In this document: positions 34,946-44,171 of the stretch, piece after piece
Layout of the letters: each line of letters begins with the position of its first letter
Position numbering within the stretch: the first letter of the stretch is position 1
NCBI GenBank assembly: GCA_004431415.1
Contig: QPMI01000135.1
Location: 1-63,649 of the forward strand
Source of the DNA: Cyanophora paradoxa CCMP329
Lineage: Eukaryota > Plantae > Glaucophyta
Length of the DNA stretch: 63,649 nt
Direction: 5' to 3'
Made by a program: the position numbers and the translations under genes
The notes under the pieces: model-generated
Database searches by the model: none
Told to the model about the DNA's origin: nothing
Seen by the model: the letters and a program-made list of their open reading frames with translations, nothing else

Positions 34946-36009
34946 GGCGGGTCGTCTGTCGCGCCACGCCGCTGCAAAGACGGTCAGGGTTCGTACGAGA
35001 GGCGAGGTGGGAAAGTACGCGCGATGCAAGAGAGTCCGTGCGGCCGCGGGGGACACTTCTTGCAGGCGGTATGCGCGCTCTGCGGGGCCGCCGGGGCGCC
35101 GCTCCGTCGCGTACGCGCGCGGCCAAGGGTCGCGACGCGTCGACGAGGCCTGCCGCCGACGCGTCGCGCGAGGCGCCCGATCGGGATCGAGAGCGCGAGG
35201 CCGGGAGCGGGCGGGGAGCGAACCCGTCGCGGCGGCGCGTCCCAGGCGTGTCAAGAGGCGCGGACTTTGGTGCACGGTGCTCGATCACGCTCCTGAGAGC
35301 GCTGCGCGACGAGGTCAGGTCAACCAACGCGTCCGGAGGCCGGCGGCGACGCACACGTCAACGAGGGCGCAAGGGATCCCCGCGGAGCTTCAGTAGATAG
35401 TCTGCGTGATCCCCGAGGTTCCGCCGAGCGTCAGAAGAGCGCCCGTGCCCGGCGACCTGTCCCGGCTGTCCGAGGCGAGAGCGGGCGGGGCGAACCTCGG
35501 AGCGCGCACGCTCGGACAATCCCCGACGACACGGACCGCTCAGTGGCGCGGCTCGCGTGCGGCATCTCTTTGATCTGTGCTAGAAACCGGTACCGCGGCG
35601 CGCCTCGACGTTGATCGCACACTGGCCGATCGGCCGGGCTACTCCGCGAGTGCGCGTACACGCTGCTGGGCAAGCTGGGATGCGTGGTGGTGTGCGAGGA
35701 TGATGGGAGTCGATCCGTGCCCGGCTCGCCGGCTGCTGCTGCTGCTGCAAGTCGTTGTTTTTTTTCCTCGAGACCAGCTGTACCCCATTGCAACTGCGAC
35801 AACGTGAACGTCGACGTCAACGTTCTAGTTACCGTGGCCCGCGGCGCCCGGCGCCCGGGCCGCACCGGTACTACCGGGCCAACGTACGGTATACCGGCCC
35901 GGCGCCGGCGGGTATGCAATGCTATGCATACGTTTACCATGCACGCGTATACGTACGTATACGCGTAGCGTTGGATCTTGTACGAGCGTCGCCAAGCTGC
36001 AGTCATTGA

Positions 36010-36500
36010 ATATGGCGTCGAGTCAAACGCAATGCAGTGGCGTTTTATCCCCCGCGGCTTGACGCCACGCACCGTAGCGTTAGATCTCATGATCACACGA
36101 GGTTGAGCTTGCAATTGGGAAACGCTAGCTGCAATATGGCGTCAAGTTTAACGCGAAGCAGTGGCATTGGATCCCCCGCGGGGCTTGGCGCCCGTACCGT
36201 GGCGTCCAGTTTAACGCAATACAGTCGCATTGCAGTGGCGTTGAATCCTCCCCTCTTGGCGCCCCGCACCGTTGGCGGTCCGTAGCGTTGGATTTCACAC
36301 GATCATTGCCGAGTTTAATGCGAGGCAGTGGCGTTGAATCTCCCGCGATGCTCGGCGCCCGAATCGTAGCGTCCAGTTTAACGCAATGCAGTGGCGTTGG
36401 ATCCGCCGCTTTTGGCGCCCCGCACCGTAGCGTTGGATCACACACGAGCGTCGCCGACTTGGAAGCTGCTGCTCTATGGCGTCGAGTTTAACGCGAGGCA
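36010..36500. repeat. Degenerate AT-richer repeat cluster (GTTTAACGCRANGCAGTGGCGTTG...ACCGTAGCGT), about 6 copies
   Basis: Copies at ~36023, 36146, 36208, 36312, 36375 and 36486. Confidence 0.7.
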
Positions 36501-38399
36501 GCCTGACTCAGTGAGTGGCGTCCAGACCGTGCGCCTCCCCAGCGGCTGAGGCAGGGGACGCGATTCGGCGCAAGCGCAACGCGTACGCGGACGGTCTTTG
36601 CTCGGCTCGTCCAGACCGTGCGCCTCCCCAGCGGCGAGTTCGAGTCCCGCTGGGTCGTGCTGCGGCGCTTCGGGGCCTTCTGGACGCCGGGCTCCGAGGG
36701 CAGCGCGCGCGAGTGGAGGGGGGTACGGGCGCTCGCGCCCGTCGACTACGACGCGAGAAACGGGAGCGTGGACATCAGGACGCCCGCCGCCCGCATCTCC
36801 GACCTCCTCGGGCTCGGCTCCGGCACGCGGGCGCCGTCGCCGCCGCCTCCGCGGTCCGGGGCGGGAGCCCGGGGCGAGGGAGGGCCTTTCGGCCGCGGGG
36901 CCGGCCCCGGAAGCGCCCGGGTACCTGACTCGGGGGGTCGGTTCGGGCCCCAGCGCCCCAGGCTTGCGGACGCAGCCGGCGCGGTGCGCACCATCGGATC
37001 CGCCGTGCTCGAGAGGGGCGGGCAAAACTCCAACGGGGTCCTGGGGCGAAGGTCGGCTCCGGAGGGGAGGGGGGGGTACGGGTACTTTGTGCGCACCCCC
37101 CACGGCGTGCCGCACCTCGTTCGATCGGGAATGACAAGGAGAGTGCGGAGAGGCGGTCGGCGGGCCTCGGGGGTGCCGGGGTCGAGGGGTAGATCGAAAA
37201 AACTGCGCGGGGCCGGTCTCGGGACGGGATGGGCGGCAGCGCGGGGCCGGAGGGGCGAGCTTAAAGCGCACCGACGGTGCTGGGCACAACCGGAGCGCCC
37301 CGACCCGCGATCGGGCGCGGTCGGGGGATGATGGAGCCCGCCGATCCTCCGTGCCTGCCCGAACCGACGGACCGCCCGCCCGCAGAGGCTCTGCGCCCCC
37401 TCCCGCGCGTTCTCCCGCCCCCGCGACCGGATCCAAAGCGCCAGAAGCGCGCGCCGTGGCGGAGCAGGGGCCCGCGCTGAGCGGGCGGGCGGGCGGCTGC
37501 GGCGCCGCCGCGGGGCGCCTGGGTCGGGGGAGGCGGCTGCGACTCCTGCGAGCCATGTCAGAGCGTAGCGGGGTGGAATCGGTGCCGAAATCGCACGCGG
37601 GCACGCCTCGTCCTCGGGAACGCGTGGGGAGCAGTCGGATGGCGCGGTCGAGCGGGCTGCGACGGATCGAGGAGCACGTGGGCGCGAGGGAAGAGCGATC
37701 GGGATGGATCGGGGCGCGAGGCGCCGCCGGCCGCTCGCTGTGCGCCGATCGGTGCGCTCGGGGGTTGGGGCGCCGGGAACAGCACGGTCGAAGCACTCGA
37801 ATGTGGACGAGCAGGCCGGCCGCGTCCGCAGCAAACACGAATCTCGCCGCGAGAGCTCCCGGGGGTACGCGGCAGCGGGCGGGGTACAAGGGGATCGTGC
37901 TATGCCCGGTCCGCCTGTAGTGTGCGTAAAGCTTAAGGCCGACGAACCCACAAAGTACGATTGGCCGGCCGTCGAGGCACCTCGGAGCCGAGCCGTCACG
38001 AGGTCCGCGCAGCCGCACGCCCGGACGTGCTCTATCGCCCCCGATCCGCCGCGCATCGTTGAACGGTCCGCCAGGGAGCGCCTCGACCGCCTGCGCGGCT
38101 CCGCCTCGCCGCGGCGGTTATCGTTGCGAGGTGAGCGGCGCGGGACGCGCCGTCGCGACTTTGGGAGCTCGAGACGCGACGGTCGTTGGTTGAATGTCCC
38201 GTCTTCCCGCAGGAACGGCACTCGCCCCGCCCGCGGGCGCCCCGACCCTGATCACTCGTGCTGGCCATGGCGCGTGCGCGCGCCGCGAGCGCGCCCGTCG
38301 CCGGCCCGTCCGCCTCGCGACTCGGCTCGCGTTTGTCCCACGACCCTCGCACTCCGTTTGCCGAGCGCCGCTGCAGAGGTTCTCGCGCCCGTACGCGTG

Positions 38400-40200
38400 C
38401 GGCGGGGCCCTGAGGGGCGCGCGGCGAGTTTCCAGCGGGGTCCAGATTTGGAGGCGGGGTACGGGACCGCCCTTCTCCTCGCCCGCCCTCGGCTTCTCAC
38501 GCCCGTGCAGCGGGGCCCTGAGGGGGCGCGGCGAGTTTCCAGCGGGGGAGGGTCGGGTCTGGAGACGGGTACGGGATTCCCTTCTCTCCCTCGCCCTCGG
38601 CTTCTCACGCCCGTGCAGCGGGGCCCTGAGGGAGGCGCGGCGAGTTTCCAGCGGGGAGGGTCGGGTCTGGAGACGGGTACGGGACCGCCCTTCTCCTCGC
38701 TCGCCCTCGGCTTCTCACGCCCGTGCAGCGGGGCCCTGAGGGGCGCGGGGCGAGTTTCCAGCGGGGAGGGTCGGGTCTGGAGACGGGGTACGGGATTCCC
38801 TTCTCGCGCTCGCCCTCGGCCTCTCACGTCCGTGCAGCGGGGCCCTGAGGGGGGGCCCTGCGAGTTTCCAGCGGGGGAGGGTCGGGTCTGGAGACGGGGT
38901 ACTGGATTCCCCTTCTCTCGCTCGCCCTCGGCTTCTCACGCCCGTGCAGCGGGGCCCTGAGGGGCGCGGGGCGAGTTTCCAGCGGGGGAGGGTCGGGTCT
39001 GGAGACGGGGTACGGGATTCCCCTTCTCTCGCTCGCCCTCGGCTTCTCACGTTCGTGCAGCGGGGCCCTGAGGGGGGCGCGGGGCGAGTTTCCAGCGGGG
39101 GAGGGTCGGGTCTGGGGACGGGGTACGGGATTCCCCTTCTCTCACTCGCCCTCGGCTTCTCACGTCCGTGCAGCGGGGCCTTGAGGGGCGCGGGGCGAGT
39201 TTCCAGCGGGGGAGGGGCGGGTCTGGAGACGGGGTACGGGATTCCCCTTCTCTCACTCGCCTCGGCTTCTCACGCCCGTGCAGCGGGGCCCTGAGGGGGC
39301 GCGGCGAGTTTCCAGCGGGGAGGGTCGGGTCTGGAGACGGGGTGCGGGATTCCCCTTCTCTTTCTCGCCCTCGGCTTCTCACGTCCGTGCAGCGGGGCCC
39401 TGAGGGCGCGGGGCGAGTTTCCAGCGGGGAGGGTCGGGTCTGGAGACGGGGTACGGGATTCCCCTTCTCTCCCTCGCCCTCGGCTTCTCACGCCCGTGCA
39501 GCGGGGCCCTGACTGGGGCGCGGCGAGTTTCCAGCGGGGGAGGGTCGGGTCTGGGGACGGGGTACGGGACCGCCCTTCTCCTCGCTCGCCCTCGGCTTCT
39601 CACGCCCGTGCAGCGGGGCCCTGAGGGGGCGCGGCGAGTTTCCAGCGGGGAGGGTCGGGTCTGGAGACGGGGTACGGGACCGCCCTTCTCCTCGCTCGCC
39701 CTCGGCTTCTCACGCCCGTGCAGCGGGCCCTGAGGGGGGCGCGGCGAGTTTCCAGCGGGGGAGGGTCGGGTCTGGAGACGGGGTACGGGACCGCCCTTCT
39801 CTCCCTCGCCCTCGGCTTCTCACGCCCGTGCAGCGGGGCCCTGAGGGGGGCGCGGCGAGTTTCCAGCGGGGTCCGGGTCTGGAGGCGGGGTACGGGACCG
39901 CCCTTCTCCTCGCTCGCCCTCGGCTTCTCACGCCCGTGCAGCGGGGCCCTGAGGGGGGCGCGGCGAGTTTCCAGCGGGGGAGGGTCGGGTCTGGAGACGG
40001 GGTACGGGACCGCCCTTCTCCTCGCTCGCCCTCGGCTTCTCACGCCCGTGCAGCGGGGCCCTGAGGGGGGCGCGGCGAGTTTCCAGCGGGGGAGGGGCGG
40101 GTCTGGAGATGGGGTACGGGATTCCCCTTCTCTCCCTCGCCCTCGGCTTCTCACGCCCGTGCAGCGGGGCCCTGAGGGGGGCGCGGCGAGTTTCCAGCGG
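38400..40200. repeat. Repeat field D reverse arm: ~110-bp tandem unit, 17 copies
   Basis: Unit GCAGCGGGGCCCTGAGGGGGCGCGGCGAGTTTCCAGCGGGGGAGGGTCGGGTCTGGAGACGGGGTACGGGA...CTCGGCTTCTCACGCCCGT; GCGAGTTTCCAGCGG counted 17 times. Confidence 0.97.
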
Positions 40201-40214
40201 CCTCCTCGTACCTT

Positions 40215-41170
40215 CTGGAGACTCGCCACCACACCCGGTGAGAGGGGGGAGCGCTAGAACTCTGACCGTACCCCACACCCCCCTACCCGCCCCCCGAGAC
40301 TCGCCGCCGCCCCGAAAGAGAGCGGCGCTTAATCTCTGACCGCACCCCTAGTCGCCTCCCTCCCGCCCCCCTTGGAGACTCGCCGCTGCCCCCCCAGAGA
40401 GAGAGAGTGGCGCTTAATCTCTGACCGTACCCCCACTCCCCTCCCCCTCCCCCCCTGGAGACTCGCCGCTGCCCCCCCGAAGCAAACAGCTCTATAATAT
40501 TGACCGTACCCCCAGCTCCCTCCCCCTCCCCCCCTGGAGACTCGCCGCTGCCCCGAAAGAGAGCGGCGCTTCATCTCTGACCGTACCCCACCTACCTCCC
40601 CCTCCCCCATTGGAGACTCGCCGCTGCCCCCAGAGAGAGAGAGAGAGAGTGGCGCTGAATCTCTGACCGTACCCCCACCTACCTCCCCCTCCCCCCCTGG
40701 AGACTCGCCGCTGCCCCGAAAGAGAGTGGCGTTGAATCTCTGACCGTACCCCCAGCCCCTCCCCCTCCCCCCTGGAGACTCGCCGCCGCCCCTCGAAGCA
40801 AACGGCTCTCGAATTTCGGGCGTACCCCCACGTACCCCCTCGTTCCAACTCCCCCGGGAGACTCGCCGCCGCCCCCGAGAGGGCGACGCTAGAAGCTCGG
40901 CCGTACCCCAGCTACCCCTCCTCCCTCCCTCCCCCCCCCCTCTGGAGACTCGCCGCCGCCCCCGAGAGAGAGCGGCGCAAAAGCTCCGAGCCGTACCCCG
41001 GGCAGCCCCACCCCACCCACCCCCTGGAGACCCGCCCGACGCCCCAGAACGAGCGAGCTTCGGCGCCCCCTGGGCCATCGGCGCGGGGGCGCATGGCGCC
41101 CCTGAAACTCCTCTACCCCCCTGCCTCTTGCGGCGCGGTACCCCCTCTCTCTCGCTTGATCGCCTTGCGG
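40215..41170. repeat. Repeat field D forward arm (~75-85 bp units, GGAGACTCGCC + CGTACCCC), homologous to 20500-21300
   Basis: Repeated TCTCTGACCGTACCCC...CCCCTGGAGACTCGCCGC; shared unique tail CATGGCGCCCC.GAAACTC.TCTACCCCCCTGCCTCTTGCGGCGCGG at 21221 and 41092. Confidence 0.9.
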
Positions 41171-41443
41171 GCGCGACGTCGCGACGACGGGTTCCCTTGG
41201 CGCGCGCAGATCCCTCGCCGAGGGCCCGCAGCCGCACCGCGCTCCGCGGCCGGGCCGTGCGCCCGCCCCGCCCCCGCCCCGCCCCGCCCCACCCCCAGCG
41301 CCCTCCCCCCTCGCCCCTCCCCTCCCCCCCGCCCCCCCCCCACCTCCGCTCCCCCTTTTCCTCCCCGCTCCGTGCGATCGACTCGAATAAAAGGGACCCG
41401 ATCCGCGTTGGCCCCCGGGGCGAGAAGAGCGGGGCGGGGCGGA

Positions 41444-43245
41444 ATGAAGGCGGGCCGGGCCGCGGACCTCCTCCCCCCGAAGCCCCGCCGGCGGCCCCGA
41501 TGCGGCGGTCGCGGTGCTCCTCTCCGGCGACCCCTCTTCTACGCCGCCGTCCGAGCGCGCCGCCAGAGCGCGCGGAGGCGGCTCGACGACGTGGAGCCGG
41601 AGGAGAGGACGCGCTGCCTCTACCCCTCGCTGCACCGGGCGCGCCGCACCGTACCGGCCGACCTGGCGCCCTTTTTCCGGTCCTCCGGGGCGCCGCCGCT
41701 GCTCTCCGTTTCCGCCCTGCGGCCCCGGGAGAGCGCCTCGCTCGTGCTCGCCCCGTCGGCCGAGTGGCCGTCGTCCACAGCTACGAGACCGACGGGTACC
41801 GCATCGTTCCCGTCCTCGCCGGCGAGCGGCCGGCGGTCGAGCCCGAGTCCGCGCCCCCCGTGCCGGGGCGCCGAGCTGGGGGCCCGCGGCGGGGATCCCG
41901 GCATCCTCTTCGGCCTCTGCGACGGAAGCGTCGCCCTCTACCGGCGCGGGACCTACCGCGTCGTGCCCCGGGGGCGGCCCGCCCTACACCACGCCGGGGC
42001 CCCTGGGGAGCGTGGGGGCCGCCGCGGCCGCCATCCCGCCCGCCGCGTGCGGCGCATAGCGGCCCTCGACGAGCGCCGGGTCGCGGTGGCGGTCGGGGGA
42101 GCGAGAGCGTGCACGTGGTGGACCTGGAGACGGGGCGCTGGGAGCCCGTCTTCCGCAACTCGCACGCCTGGCTCGTCGACATGGCGGGGACGAGCGCGGG
42201 CGCCTCTGGCTCGAGTACACGAACACGGTGGCCGTCCGCGAGCCGGGCCCCGGCGGGGCCCTCTGCGTCCGCGCCCCCTGGCCCCGCGTGGCCCCTCCCC
42301 CCGACGCCAGCCCCTGGGTCGTACACTCCCCCGGGGGTACCCGGTACTGGTGGTGGGCGGCGCGGTGCTGCCTCTGCGCGGGAGAGTCAGAGGGGCGGGA
42401 CGCGCACACGACGCTGCGCGACGTCGTCTCCGTGCGCTACCTGCTCCCCGTCGGGGAGGCGAGGCTGCTCGCCGCCTGCCAGCGCAACTCGTTCGTCTGG
42501 GAGCCGCGGCGGCGCCGCGTCGCGTCCCTCGTCCCCTGACCCCCGACGCGCCCCCCTCCTGGCCGCGCCCGGGCGCGAGTCGTACCTGAGCGTCTCGCAC
42601 TCGTCCTCGTACGTGCTGGGCCTCGCGACGGGCCCCGCCTCCTGGAGGCCGTTCAGCCCGAAGACGGGGGCGTGGTACCCCGAGGAGCCCGTCGCCGAGA
42701 CGGCCGCCCGCCCCGATCTCTTCGAGACGTTTGGCGTCCCCGTGAGCACGTACGCCCACGCGAGCCGCCGCGGCTCCGTCCTCGCCCTCTACCGGCGCCC
42801 CCGCTACGATTCGGTCGCCGCCGGCCGGGGTACGAGCGCGGTCGACGTGTTCTGGCCCCAGCGGGGCCTGCGGGCGGGGCCCTACCGCGTCCCCTTTCGC
42901 GTCGAAGGCTCGGTCGCCGTGCACCGCGGCGTGCGCTTCACCCCCGACGAGCGAGCGATCGTGATCCCCAGCGCGACGGGGTACAGCATCTTTCCCCTCC
43001 CCTACGCCCCCTCGGATCCGAATTCGAGCGCCTCGGCGGTCTCGAGCTCTAGATCTTGTTCACGATCGGCCGAGCTGGAGGGGCCGGGCGCAGAGCCTGC
43101 GGCGCCGCCGGCCGCCGCCGCCGGCACCGGCACCGACACCGGATCTAGGTCCGGATCCGGAGACGTCGACGCGATTGGCGTGCCGCAGGAGCCCGCGCGA
43201 GAAACTCTAGCTAGGCAGGCGCCAGCATGCGCAGGCTTCATCTGA
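41444..43245 (+). CDS. Probable beta-propeller (WD40-like) protein, intronless, several frameshifts
   Basis: GAATAAAAG ~55 nt upstream; blade-like segments ILFGLCDGSVALY, VRRIAALDERRVAVA, SVHVVDLETGRW, RLLAACQRNSFVWEP and GVRFTPDERAIVI. Confidence 0.55.
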
Positions 43246-43524
43246 TATATCGATATCGATTGAATTTCGACGACTCGGCGAGTACCGTAGTACATGCGCG
43301 CGATCGGGGCCGGACACCAACGCGATTATAAATAAAAACATCAATCATAAAACTTGCGAGCGAGCGAGCGGGTCGAATCGAAGAGGAAGGTAGGATGATA
43401 AATTTGGTCAAGGCCCGAAAGGAATTCGAAACGAACAGGCACATGCCATGATGGCCGCAGCCTCGAACAAACAGGATCAAACAGAAAAGGAAATTCGAAA
43501 CGGGACGAGGAACGCATCTAGAGC

Positions 43525-43920
43525 CTAGGCGAAAGCGGCGCCGTCCGCGAGCTCAAACGCGAGGCGGGGATCGGCGGCGGCGAGGGCCCGCATCTTGGCG
43601 AGCTTGCGCGGGCCGCCCGAGGCGGTCCGCTTGACCTCCATCTCGGCCGCGCGCGCGGCGGCGTTGGAGGGGAAGCCGTGCAGGACGGCGGCGAGGGCCC
43701 AGGGCCCGCGGCCGCGGGTGTAGGCGGTCTTGGACGAGCCCGAGAGGTGCTCGGCGAGGCGGCGGAGAAGATTCTGGGTGGATCCGACGTAGGCGAGGCC
43801 CCGGGGCGAGGAGAGGAGGTAGACGACGGGGCGGGGCCGAGGCGCGCGACGAGCTCGGATGGGGATTCGGAGGGTGGCGAGGGGTGGGCGGGGGCGGGCG
43901 GGCGGGGGGTACGGGGGCAT
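43525..43920 (-). CDS. Slx1-like GIY-YIG endonuclease, 131 aa
   Basis: VVYLLSS...AYVGSTQNLLRRLAEH...YTRGRGPWALAAVLHGFPSNAAARAAE, with the catalytic Y, R, H and E present. Confidence 0.9.
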   Translation of the reverse strand: MPPYPPPARPRPPLATLRIPIRARRAPRPRPVVYLLSSPRGLAYVGSTQNLLRRLAEHLSGSSKTAYTRGRGPWALAAVLHGFPSNAAARAAEMEVKRTASGGPRKLAKMRALAAADPRLAFELADGAAFA

Positions 43921-44171
43921 CGTGCGGAGCGGTGCTCATCCCACGCCACGAGTCGGATGGGCATGTACAGTCGAGGTTGGGCGGGCGGCAGCTGCAGGCT
44001 TTTAGGAGGAAAAAGGTCAAGATGGGGTGGAGGGAGAGGGGGGAGGGGGGGGAGAGAGGGGGGGGAGGGGGCGGGGCGGGGAGGGGGAAGGGGGGAGGGG
44101 GGGAGGGGGAGGGGGGGGGAAGGGGGGAGGGGGAGGGGGGGGGGGGGGACGGGAGCACGTTCGGCGGCGGC

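Noticed and set aside
38400-40200. CRISPR array interpretation of the regular repeats (also 8606-9202 and 36010-36500)
   Set aside because: No unique spacers, no cas genes and a eukaryotic context.
26051-43245. Programmed frameshifting or definite pseudogene status for the frameshifted genes
   Set aside because: Shifts are scattered in G/C runs with no in-frame stops and match the indel noise seen in the telomere; this cannot be decided without accurate reads.
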